From an uncultured delta proteobacterium (GTDB taxonomy: Bacteria; Myxococcota_A; Polyangia; Polyangiales; Polyangiaceae), in assembly GCA_963850305.1 (NCBI GenBank), contig CAWKKR010000008.1, positions 1,600,001-1,664,000 of the forward strand: DNA of 64,000 bases. The letters are read 5' to 3'. This document shows, in pieces, positions 12,325 to 22,118 of the stretch. Position numbers and translations under genes: made by a program. Position 1 is the stretch's first letter, and each line of letters opens with the position of its first letter. The notes beneath the pieces were generated by a model. It was not told where the DNA came from. It saw nothing but the letters and a program-made list of their open reading frames with translations, and did no database searches.

Positions 12325-12975
12325 TCAGTCGAGCCCGGGCGGACAAATGCAACGAAACAGCAGCGCGGATTCCCTTCCCGCGCTGACGTACGTCGGACGG
12401 TCGGCGCCCACCACCGCCGGACAGTGCCGCTCGACCGTCACTCCGTCGCGATTCAGCTCGCCCGCGATCAGCCACTCGAGGAGCTCGGTGCCGGGTGCCG
12501 GGTCCGGCTTCATCTCGCGGCCCGGCTCGATCTTGAAGAGGTAGAGGCCCGCGTCGCGCGTCTCGAGCAAGGTCTCGATCTGGCCGTAGGGGGTCTTCTT
12601 GGCGGAGCGTGGAAACGCGCCCGGGGTGCGCCTGACCTCGACGGACGCCGCGCGAGCGCGCCCATCGAGCGCCGCCGGCTTGTCGAGCCGGATGTCGACG
12701 AACTCCGCGGTGGGATGCACTCCGAGGAGCATCGCGGCGAGCTCTTCCGTCGCCATCTCGATGAGCTGAAACCGCCGAAACTTGAGCACCGCGATCACTT
12801 CGTCCGCGGTCACGTCGTAGTCGCAGGTGAGCGCGATGCGTCCCGTCCGACCCGCCTGGCTCAGATCCATCCCGAGCGCGAGATCGAGGTGCACGCGTTG
12901 CTCCCGTTCGCGTTCCTGGGGCCTCACCCCGACGACGCAGTCGATCTCGAGCCCGCGAATTCGAACCAAGTCCAT
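12325..12975 (-). CDS. folB: Dihydroneopterin aldolase with C-terminal cupin-like extension
   Basis: VGVRPQER..QRVHLDL, CDYD, FQLIEM, RLDKPAAL; about 95 extra beta-rich residues. Confidence 0.8.
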   Translation of the reverse strand: MDLVRIRGLEIDCVVGVRPQEREREQRVHLDLALGMDLSQAGRTGRIALTCDYDVTADEVIAVLKFRRFQLIEMATEELAAMLLGVHPTAEFVDIRLDKPAALDGRARAASVEVRRTPGAFPRSAKKTPYGQIETLLETRDAGLYLFKIEPGREMKPDPAPGTELLEWLIAGELNRDGVTVERHCPAVVGADRPTYVSAGRESALLFRCICPPGLD

Positions 12976-13042
12976 GTGTACTCCCGCGTTACGTCGCGCC
13001 GAGTCCAAGTGTTAGCATGGGGCAGGGGAGCGGTTTCATCGT

Positions 13043-13260
13043 AGGGGGTCTTGACCCCCGCGGCTCGCTTCGCGACCGCTCCCCCGCCGCCTTCGGCGGG
13101 CTCGCTTGGTTCAAGGGGGGCCTTGCCCCCCGCGGCTTGCTTCGCAACCGCTCCCCCCGCCGCCTTCGGCGTGCTCGCTTGGTTCAAGGGGGGCCTTGCC
13201 CCCCGCGGCTTGCTTCGCAACCGCTCCCCCCGCCGCCTTCGGCGGGCTCGCTCCGCGAGC
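13043..13260. repeat. Three tandem REP-like units of about 72 bp built from GC hairpins
   Basis: Units GGGGG-(TCTTGA/GCCTTGC)-CCCCC, GCGG..GCTTCGC..CCGC and CCCGCC-GCCTTC-GGCGGG start at about 13044, 13115 and 13188. Confidence 0.85.
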
Positions 13261-13325
13261 CTAGTTCCGCACCTCTTTGATCGCTCGGGGACGACGCTGC
13301 TCGTCGATGCGGAACCTACTAAATC

Positions 13326-13359
13326 GCCGCGGAGGGCCTCGGGTGAAGCCCTCCGCGGC
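13326..13359 (-). terminator. Strong hairpin just downstream of the 13374-14051 gene
   Basis: GCCGCGGAGGGC-N10-GCCCTCCGCGGC, perfect 12-bp stem; only a short T tail. Confidence 0.5.
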
Positions 13360-13373
13360 TGCGGTCATCGGAT

Positions 13374-14051
13374 TCAATGCGTCGGTCCGGTCACGAGCGC
13401 GGCCGTGGGCACCGCGCCGTTCGTCCCCGCGTCAGCGGCGGGAGGCGAGTTCGCGGCCGGTGCGACCACCGGCGCGACGTTCGCGGGCGGTGATGCCGCC
13501 GGTGCGACGTTCACCGCGGGCACGACGATGGGCGTCGGGCTAGCGGGTGGAGCGACGACCGGCGCCGTCACGGGCGGCGACGCCGACGGCGCGATCGCCG
13601 CCGGAGCCGTTGCTACCACGCCGTGTATCGCGGCCTTTTGCCGCTTGCCCATCGTGTGACGGGCCACCCGCGTCGCACGCACCTTCTCCGCGGCGTCTGT
13701 CTTCGACTCCAGGGTGCGCTGAGCCACCTTCTTCGGCAAGAAACCGAAGGAGGCAAACTCCGGACTGTTCTCACCGAACAGCCCCGCCGCATAGTTCCGG
13801 ACGCACGTGAGTATCGCATCCGTCTCGGTACGTTGCGATTCGTCGACGTCGTGAAGCTGCGAAGCCTTCGCCCGCGCAGCGGTCAGCGACGTCATCGTAT
13901 CCACGTGTGCCTGGATCTTTGCTTGCACATCCTTGCTTGCCACGAGCTTGCCCGCGACGGGCATGCTTGCGTCAGGCGCGAGCTTGGCGAGTGCCGAGAT
14001 CACGCTTTGCTCCAGGTTGATGATGACTGTCCTATTTGAATTACCGAACAT
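13374..14051 (-). CDS. Hypothetical protein, helical N-terminus and Pro/Ala-rich tail
   Basis: ORF with GGAAGAAG upstream; ARHTMGKRQK motif I associate with Polyangiaceae hypotheticals. Confidence 0.7.
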   Translation of the reverse strand: MFGNSNRTVIINLEQSVISALAKLAPDASMPVAGKLVASKDVQAKIQAHVDTMTSLTAARAKASQLHDVDESQRTETDAILTCVRNYAAGLFGENSPEFASFGFLPKKVAQRTLESKTDAAEKVRATRVARHTMGKRQKAAIHGVVATAPAAIAPSASPPVTAPVVAPPASPTPIVVPAVNVAPAASPPANVAPVVAPAANSPPAADAGTNGAVPTAALVTGPTH

Positions 14052-14459
14052 GACTTCTTCCTTTTGTGAATTGCGGCGTCCGATATGAACGTCGCACATG
14101 AGGTACCAACCAACGGCGAGATTGGATTCTTCCAAAAATACTTTTTTTGAAATTCGGCCCGTCGTTCGAGTCAGTGCCGTTCATTCCGCAGCCCCTCCCG
14201 TGCATCACGCGCAGCCCCTCGCTCGCGCATTTGCAGCGAGTTTTCCGGCATTCTGCGCACGCGCGACCGATCGCGGCGTCGTGCTCATTGCCCGCGATGC
14301 GATGACGGGATCGTGCGGCGCGCCCACAAGGTCCCGCGGTGTGGCACCCAATTCACAGGGTGTGGCAACAAAGATACATACCACGACAGCAAGATCATAG
14401 TGCGCAGCGACGACATCGCGCCGCGTAGTAACGGACCCACGCGGCGTGATAGTCGAGTC

Positions 14460-15160
14460 TCACGGCGTGGTGGTCGATCCACGCGCCCGACGGAGGTGAC
14501 CTCACGCCGTGTGAAGCGGGAATCACGGCCGACGGAGGTGTTCTCACGCTGTGTGAAGCGGGAATCACGGCCGACGGAGGTGTTCTCACGCTGTGTGAAG
14601 CGGGAATCACGGCCGACGGAGGCGTCCTCAACGGCGCGCGATCCACTTCTCACGGCCGACGGAGGTGACCTCACGCCGTGTGAAGCGGGAATCACGGCCG
14701 ACGGAGGTGTCCGCACGGCGCGTGAAGCGGGTATCGCGCTCGTGAGAACGCGTCCTCACGGCCGACGGAGGTGTCCTCGCGCCGTGTGAAGCGGGAATCA
14801 CGGCCGACGGAGGTGTCCGCACGGCGCGTGAAGCGGGTATCGCGGCCGTGAGAACGCGTCCTCACGGCCGACGGAGGCGTCCTCACGGCGCATGATCCAC
14901 TTATCACGGCCGACGGAGGTGTCGTCACGGCGCATGATCCACTCATCACGACCGACGGAGGTGTCCATCGCGACGCGTGATCCACTTATCACGGCGGACG
15001 GAGGTGTCGTCACGGCGCGTGATCCGCTTATCACGCCCGACGGAGGTGTCCTCACGGTGAGCGATCCACTTATCAGGACCGACGGAGGTGTCCTCACGGC
15101 GGACGGATATGTCCTCACGCTGCGTGATCCAGTTGTCGCGGCGGACGGACGCGTCCATCC
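14460..15160. repeat. Tandem array of about 33 units of 21 bp with 42-bp higher-order period
   Basis: Near-constant TCACGGCCGACGGAGGTGTCC mostly alternates with variable units such as TCACGCCGTGTGAAGCGGGAA and TCACGGCGCGTGATCCGCTTA. Confidence 0.9.
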
Positions 15161-15328
15161 CGCGGTCGAGGGGCGGGTCGTCGCGACGTGTGAGGCGCCC
15201 CGGCGCCATGCGGGGGGATCGCGCCGTGATCGTTTGGTGGACGCCCGCGTCTGCCGAGACCTGACCTACGGTTCCTCGGGGAACCCCGCGAAGCTCCTTG
15301 TAGGAGGTCCGGACATGGAAGATGCTCG

Positions 15329-16348
15329 ATGATCTTCCCCTGGGGCAAAGTGGGTCGTCGTTCACCAACCGAGTCCGTGGCGCGGATATACCGCGCGTTC
15401 CTGCGCCAGCGCACGTGGCCGCAGGCGGAGCTCGCGCGCGAGGTGGGCATCGGCGTTGCGGCGCTCCGGAAGCGGCTGGACGAGCTGACCACGCTCGGAA
15501 TGCCGCTCGAGCGGGAGGATGACCTACCGCAGGTCTACTGGAGCGTGCCCGCGACGTGGTTCCCCGACAGCGTCGCACTGGACAAGGACGAAGTCGCGGA
15601 TCTGCTACACGTGCTCTGGCACACGGCGCGGGGGCGGCGCCGCGACCGGCTCCTGCGCCTCGTGCTCGACGCTCGTCGTGATCGCGCGACCATCGCGGCG
15701 ACAGAATCCGCGATCGTGACGCACGAGGTATCGGAAGCGGAAGAGACGTTTCTCCCGATTTTGGAAGAGGCCATGACCGCGAACAGGCCCGTGCGCCTGC
15801 GATTCTACTCCACCGAGCGCGGCATCGTGGAGTCCAGGCACGCGTCGGTGCACCGCGTGGACGTCGGCCCCCCGACGCGACTCGTCGCGACGTGCCACCG
15901 GACGAACGAGCTCCGGTGGTTCCGCGTCGACAACATCGTCGATGTCAGCATCGACCGCGAAACGTCCTTCCGCGCCGCCAGCGACGAAGCTGTTCGTCGC
16001 TTCTGTGCGGACAGCATCGATGGGTTCAGGGGCGCTACCGAGACCGAGGAACACGCGTTCTTCGTGCGTAACCCCGAGGCGCGATGGGTCGCCAAGAATC
16101 TTCTCGCTCCGATGCGGGCAGTGGATGCCCCGGACGGAATTACGGTGTCCGTGACAACTGCCGGAGCGATGCGCGTCGCACGCTTCGTCGTCGGTCTTGG
16201 CGGCGCCGCTCGAGCGGAGAGCGCTCGACTCCGGACACTCGTCGAAGAGCTCGCACGGGGGGCGCTCCGCCGCTCGGCGCAACCTGGACGGCTCGCGAAG
16301 GCAGCCACGGGAATACCTGAACGACCGCGCAGACGCGCGAATAGATGA
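15329..16348 (+). CDS. WYL-domain transcriptional regulator (HTH-WYL-WCX)
   Basis: N-terminal HTH QAELAREVGIGVAALRKRLDEL; LVATCHRTNELRWFRVDNI WYL signature; may start at GTG 15350. Confidence 0.85.
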   Translation: MIFPWGKVGRRSPTESVARIYRAFLRQRTWPQAELAREVGIGVAALRKRLDELTTLGMPLEREDDLPQVYWSVPATWFPDSVALDKDEVADLLHVLWHTARGRRRDRLLRLVLDARRDRATIAATESAIVTHEVSEAEETFLPILEEAMTANRPVRLRFYSTERGIVESRHASVHRVDVGPPTRLVATCHRTNELRWFRVDNIVDVSIDRETSFRAASDEAVRRFCADSIDGFRGATETEEHAFFVRNPEARWVAKNLLAPMRAVDAPDGITVSVTTAGAMRVARFVVGLGGAARAESARLRTLVEELARGALRRSAQPGRLAKAATGIPERPRRRANR

Positions 16349-16424
16349 GGGTGCGGGGACTATGAGTGGGAGTCGGATGCGACGTATCGGCTACGACTAA
16401 TCGAACGAAATGATCATGCAAACG

Positions 16425-17006
16425 CTACCGCGGAGGCACCGGCGTGGCCCACAGCGCGCCAACATCGAACTCTATGGCCTCGAACGGCACGGCGCGCACT
16501 GGTTCGTCTCCGCGAAACGTTTCGAGCAGGATCCAGCGGTGGTTCTCCAGTGCATACGTCTCGATGATCCGGACCGCGGGATCCACGATCCACGCGAAGC
16601 TCACGCCGGCCCGCGCATAGAGAGGCATCTTGTCGGCGCGATCGAACGCTGCGCTGGACGGCGACACGATCTCGCATATCCAGTCAGGTGGGAGATCGAA
16701 CCAAGCCGTTCGCGGCAGCTCGGGCATGCGCTCCACTCGCCATCCCGCCCAGTCCGGAACGAGGACATCGCCTCCCGGCAGGTGAAGCTCTGGCTCGAGC
16801 AGAATCCACCATCCGCCGGGTCCCCCGCGGCCGCGCTGGAACGGCGGCGACAGCTCTCCGCCGAGAGCCGACGCTGCGGCAGTGTGCAACGGCCCCGGCC
16901 GAGGGCTCGTGACAAGCTCGCCGGCTACGATCTCGGCGACGAGGTTCGACGGTACTGCCGCGAGATCCGCGTAGGTGGCGCGACGTGTGGCTCGGACGGA
17001 CGACAC
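16425..17006 (-). CDS. Uma2-family (DUF820) putative endonuclease
   Basis: ATYADL..AEIVAGEL..PRP, GGWWILLEPE, VPDWAGWR, PDWICEIVSPS, KMPLYA. Confidence 0.9.
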   Translation of the reverse strand: MSSVRATRRATYADLAAVPSNLVAEIVAGELVTSPRPGPLHTAAASALGGELSPPFQRGRGGPGGWWILLEPELHLPGGDVLVPDWAGWRVERMPELPRTAWFDLPPDWICEIVSPSSAAFDRADKMPLYARAGVSFAWIVDPAVRIIETYALENHRWILLETFRGDEPVRAVPFEAIEFDVGALWATPVPPR

Positions 17007-17135
17007 GAAGACAGGGTAGCAGCTCAAGGGAGGCGAGCCGGACCAGAGGGAGAAACGACGCGACGCTCCCACGGGGCGTCGGCGTGGTGGGGGTTGACGG
17101 TCCAGTCCCTCGTTGCTAGCTTCCGCTCCCATAGA

Positions 17136-17176
17136 TTGCAGACCCCTTAGACCCCGGAGAGTCTTACGACTCAAAA
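17136..17176 (+). promoter_or_regulatory. Putative promoter (TTGCAG-N17-GAGTCT) containing the mini-array target and its TTT PAM
   Basis: -35-like TTGCAG at 17136-17141; reverse complement of 17152-17176 is TTT-TGAGTCGTAAGACTCTCCGGGG; the promoter assignment is inference. Confidence 0.5.
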
Positions 17177-17329
17177 CATCGGAAGCTGAAGGTTCACGTA
17201 GTCACTTCAGCTGGCGTGGATGCGATGCTGCTTCTGGAGTGGCGCCAGCTGAGCCTGCCAAGGCTCGCCACAGCAATCGTGAGGCGGATTGGGTTCGAGC
17301 GCCGCTAAAACTGTTGGTGCCCGCGGCGC

Positions 17330-17436
17330 TGCGGGGCGCTGCTCATCGCTCGGCCCGATTGAAGTTGAGTCGTGAGACTCGCCGGGGGCAACGTTCGGCG
17401 CTCTCCACCGCGTTCGCGCGGTGGCCTCGTTGAAGT
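17330..17436 (+). ncRNA. CRISPR mini-array (degenerate repeat, 35-nt spacer, near-consensus repeat); candidate CreA/CreR-like regulatory RNA
   Basis: 17401-17436 matches the repeat 34/36; 17330-17365 ends GGCCCGATTGAAGT versus consensus GGCCCCGTTGAAGC; spacer matches 17152-17173. Confidence 0.8.
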
Positions 17437-17538
17437 GGCTCCGAATTCCGAGCAATGGGCAGCGCCGCGCTGCGCTGCCGACGCTCCGCCTGATCGTTTT
17501 GACCTTCCGCGACCGTCCTCCCTTGGCAGAGGTGACAC

Positions 17539-20166
17539 GTGAGCATTGAATTCGCAGCGGCCTTTCACGCCCCCCTCACCGGCAACCCGAGCTTCCCGTG
17601 GCAGAGGGCGCTCTTCAGAGCGGTTCATCCGGGGCAATCGGGAGCATCGATTTCCCGAGGCATGCGACATCCCGACGGGACTCGGCAAGACGTCCGTCAT
17701 CGCAGTCTGGCTCCTCGCGCTGGCGCATCACGCCGTGAGCGAAAGTGCGCGCAGTTTCCCGCGCCGCCTCGTGTACGTCGTGAATCGACGTACCGTCATG
17801 GATCAATCGACGCGCGAGGCGGAACGTCTTCGCGAGAAGCTTTCAACGGCTGGCGAGCTGCGTGACGTAGCTCGACGCTGGCGTCACTCTGCTCTTACGA
17901 CCCGTCGGGCTCCCCTCTCGCAATCAGCACGCTGCGGGGTGAGTTCGCTGACAACGCCGAATGGCGCGACGATCCGGCCCGCCCCGCGGTCATCGTTGGT
18001 ACCGTCGACATGATCGGAAGCCGGTTGCTGTTCGCGGCTAGGGCCGGCTTCAAGTCCGTCCCCTTCATGCTGGTTTCCTCGGGCAGGACGTATTGCTGGT
18101 ACACGACGAGGCGCATCTCGAGCCGGCGTTTCAGGCGCTCATCGAGGAAGTTAGGCGAGAACAGAGTCATTTCCCGTGGGAGCGGGACCGTTTCGCTGTG
18201 ACGGCGTTGTCCGCGACGGCTCGCACCGGCACGAGCTCCTTTTCACTCACGGCCTCGGATCTCGAGAACGATGTCGTACGGAAGAGATTTTACGCGAAGA
18301 AGGGGCTCCGCATGCACCCTCTCGCGGAAGGCAAGAAGCTCCCCGATGCGCTCGCCGAGCTCGCGAGAAACCCCGACTTCGACGGGCAGGCCGTCGTCGT
18401 CTTCATGCGGCGGGTGAAGGACGTCGAAGCCGTCCGTGCGGCGCTGGATGGATCACCATCGTCCACGGCAGTCCTCACGGGAACGTTGCGCGGGTTCGAG
18501 CGCGACCAATTGGCACAGACCAATGGCGTGTTCGCTCGGTTCATGCCACCGCACGACCGAGATCCGAGGTGCACACCGCAGTCTGGCACGGTCTTTCTGA
18601 TCTCGACGTCCGCTGGTGAGGTGGGAGTCAACCTTTCTGCGGATCATCTCGTCTGTGACCTCGCTCCGTTCGACAGCATGGTTCAGCGCTTTGGGCGGGT
18701 GAATCGTTTCGGCCACGGAAAGGCCAGCATCGACATCGTCGTCGACGAGAGCGCGGCCAGGGGAGACGACATGTTCGCCTCCTCCATCCAGAAAACGCGG
18801 GCGCTTCTCGCGCGCCTTCCGAGAGTCGGCACGTTCCGAGCGGCTCGATGCGAGCCCCGCAGCTCTGGGTGAGCTCCCGTACCTCGAACGATTGGCGGCA
18901 TTCTCGCCTCAACCCGAGATCCCTCGCGCGAGCGATGTCCTGTTCGACGCCTGGGCGCTGACCTCCATCCGCGACCTTCCCGGCAGACCTCCCGTTGCTG
19001 ATTATCTTCACGGAGAGGAAGAGTGGGAGCCTCCAGAGACGTACATCGCTTGGCGGCGAGAGGTCGAGTACGTCACGGGAGACCTTCTTGATGAGCACCC
19101 CCCGGACGAACTCCTGGAAGACTATCCGCTCAAGGCACATGAGCTTTTGCATGACCGGACCGAGCGTGTCATCGAGCAGCTTGCCAAGATCGCCAACCGC
19201 TTCCCTGACCAAACGGTCTGGGTGCTCGAAGAGAACGGCAGCGTCCATCAAAAGGCACTGACTGTCTGGTTGAGCGGCGACAAGAAAACGGCCATCGACC
19301 GGCTAGCGCGCCGAACGGTGGTGTTACCGCCCCGCGTCGGAGGCTTAAAGGAAGGTCTGCTGAACGGCGCGAGCGCCTTCGACGAGCAGCAGCAGTACGA
19401 TGTCGCGGACGAGTGGGGGGACGAATCCGGCAAGCGTCGAGTTCGGCGAAACGATCCGGCTCCGCAAAGCGGTATGCGATTGGTTCGGAGCATCGTACCC
19501 CTGGGGGACCCTGATGAGTCGGATGCGGAGGGCCGCGCGCCAGTGCTCGAGAGCTGGTACTGGTTCGTGAAGCCGCGCTTCGCCGATGACGACGGTTCGC
19601 GGACGGCGCGCGCGTCGGAGTCGCTCGAGGCGCATCTGGGAAAGGCTGGAAGATCTGCTGCTGCGATTGCCGCCCGACTGTTGAATCCTGATGAATCGAC
19701 TGCAGTGCGGCTCGCCGCCGAATGGCACGATCTCGGCAAGAACCGGAACCTTTGGCAGCGCTCGATCGGGAACCTTGGAACGGAGGTCTTCGCGAAGTCT
19801 GGGCCGGAGATGACTCCGCGAAACATCACGCGCTACCGGCACGAATTCGGCTCTTTGATCGATATTCGGTTCAGAAAAGAGTTCGTTGCCCTGCCTCGCG
19901 AACAACAAGACCTGATCCTTCACCTCGTCGCGGCGCATCACGGACGCGCCCGCCCACACTTCCCACTGGAAGAATCGTTCGATCCGGAGCACACGGACAG
20001 TGTGGCGCTGGAGACCGCTCGATCGGTCCCTCGGAGGTTCGCCACGCTGCAGGCGCGATACGGTCGCTGGGGTCTGGCCTACCTGGAGTCGCTCGTCAGG
20101 GCAGCCGATGCGCTCGCGTCTCAGGACATCGGCGGGTCGGACGCGGGCAGAGTGAAGGGCCAATGA
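17539..20166 (+). CDS. cas3: Type I-G Cas3 helicase with C-terminal HD nuclease; at least 4 frameshifts in this sequence
   Basis: FPWQ, DIPTGLGKT, PRRLVYVVNRR, VGTVDMIGSRLLF, DEAH, QRFGRVNRFG, HDLGK, RHE, HHG, YGRWGLAYLE spread over different frames. Confidence 0.93.
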
Positions 20167-21047
20167 CCACCACCGGCCGATCCGAAGCATCGGTCCGCTG
20201 CGATCCGACCAATCCGGGCCAGTTTCTCGCTTGCTGCGGAATCCTGGAGCTTGCTCATCGCCGATTCGGCAGCGGAGCTACAGGCTGGTTCTCGACCGAC
20301 GGGCGGCGATTCTGCCTCGACGTGGGAGCGTCGAGCGATGCGCCGACACTACGGACGCTCCTGACAGAGCTGTGTTCCTGTGAGGTGACGAACACGATGA
20401 GCCCCGACGCGCTTCGCCGAAGGGCCGAGTTCGATGCGATGAACGGGCGCGAGAATCGAGGGCGCGGGAAGGGAAGACGAGAAGAAGGAGCTCGAATCAC
20501 TCTGGCGTGAATCACCTGTCATCTTCGGGGCACCATTCCACTTCACGGTCGACTGGCACCAGGACGACCGCGGTCGCGGTTCGACCTTCAAGACGTGGGC
20601 GGGGCAGCGGTCGATCATCGACATCGCCCGGGGTATGCACACCGCGGCGCGTGCCGCCCTCTCGGACATTGACACGATCGAGCAAATCCTCGGGGCAACG
20701 TCACGTGGCTCCGGGCTGCCGTTCAATTTCGACTCCGACCTGGGCGGTCAAGCGGCCCCGTTGGACGTGGGATTCAGCTTCGATCCTCTACCGACTATGT
20801 CCTTGGCCGCGCGTCCGGTGACCGAGCTCTGCGCGTTCATCGGGTTGCAACGCTTTCGCCCGGAGCGCGTCCGGAGGGAAATCGCTACCAGTATGCCCTG
20901 TGGTGGACCCCACTTCCCGCGGGCGTCGCCAGCGCGATGGCCTCGTGCTCTATCGATTCTCTGGAGCGCTCGCTCTTCGAGTTCCGGCTCTTGTACCGGA
21001 CCAAGTACCTGAAGAGTTTCTTGTCAGCAAAACCCGTCATGAGGTGA
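20163..21047 (+). CDS. csb3: Type I-G large subunit Cas8g (Csb3/GSU0052-like); at least 2 frameshifts
   Basis: DPTNPGQFLACCGILELA, KTWAGQ, LCAFIGLQRFRP, RTKYLKSF; lies between cas3 and cas7; ATGA overlap with cas3. Confidence 0.8.
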
Positions 21048-21050
21048 CCA

Positions 21051-22118
21051 GTGGCTACGAAATTGAATAGTTACGACACATTCCTGAGCGACGGAGGGCC
21101 AGCGGCACTCGTCATTCGCGAACACCTGATGAGCGTGGAAGGCGCGGACGGCGTCCTGTTTCCGGCGACGTTCGCGGCCAGCGAAGACAAGACTTTCAAG
21201 GGCGGCTACAACATCGACAATCTCGGGAATGGGAAGAACGTCTGCCTGGTCGATAGCGTCGGCTCGCAGGCGAATCGGTTGGAGCCCATCTTCTCCACCG
21301 ACCCATACAAGAAGCTCGTTCCGCAAGTGGTCGTCAAAGCGGGGCCGAGGGGTGTCAACCTGCTAGACGCAGGACACCGCGCCGCGGATGCGGTGATTCG
21401 ATGCTCGACCCTTCAGGAGGAACTGCAAGCTGCCTTCAGGGCGGCGATGCGCGGGGACGCCGCGCCGCTCGCCAAGATCGCACCGACGTCGCTCGTGTTC
21501 GGGGTGTGGGATTCTCGAGACACTCAAGCCAAGCTGCCCCGCCTGATCGCCTCGACGATACGAGCGTTCAATGTTCAGCGTCTTACTCGCTCGGCACAAT
21601 ACGTGCCGGCAACTGAGTACATAGCCGACGAGTTGCTGGAGGACACCGACGACAAGAAGATGAAGGACGCCTACTCTGCGAAGGGATTCGTGCACGTCCC
21701 GGCGTCTGCCACGCCGGGAGGCGTCGTGGCGGAGGCCGTCCGTCGGGATGCGTCGCTGCACCTTGCTGCGTTGCGGCTGCTCGGTGCAGGGAAGGATCCG
21801 GAAAAGTCGCTCGCGCTCAAGCGATACGTTTTTGGTCTCGCCTTGACCGCGTTCACGTTTTCGCCGGCGGGGTATCTCCGTCAGGGGTGCAATCTCGTAG
21901 CAGATCCTGAAAAAAAGCGTGACTTCAGGGTCGTCTTCAACGACGGACGGAGGGAACCAAGCGGCATCACCCACGATGATGCGATCTCCTATGCGGTGCT
22001 CGTTGCAGAGGCTTTCGGCGTCGGTGAGGATCGAGAGGTAGCTTTCGAGGTGCAACGCGCGAAAGCTGACCTCAGCGGAGAAAAAGTAAAGAAGCCAAAG
22101 AGCAAGGGAAAGCCGTGA
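21051..22118 (+). CDS. csb1: Type I-G Cas7 (Csb1)
   Basis: LFPATFA, VDSVGSQANRLE, HRAADA, PTSLVFGVWDS, YLRQGCNL. Confidence 0.93.
   Translation: MATKLNSYDTFLSDGGPAALVIREHLMSVEGADGVLFPATFAASEDKTFKGGYNIDNLGNGKNVCLVDSVGSQANRLEPIFSTDPYKKLVPQVVVKAGPRGVNLLDAGHRAADAVIRCSTLQEELQAAFRAAMRGDAAPLAKIAPTSLVFGVWDSRDTQAKLPRLIASTIRAFNVQRLTRSAQYVPATEYIADELLEDTDDKKMKDAYSAKGFVHVPASATPGGVVAEAVRRDASLHLAALRLLGAGKDPEKSLALKRYVFGLALTAFTFSPAGYLRQGCNLVADPEKKRDFRVVFNDGRREPSGITHDDAISYAVLVAEAFGVGEDREVAFEVQRAKADLSGEKVKKPKSKGKP

Noticed and set aside
14460..15160. Second CRISPR array or diversity-generating retroelement template
   Set aside because: Variable units are short and homologous to each other, do not resemble the CRISPR repeat, show no adenine-specific variation, and no reverse transcriptase is visible
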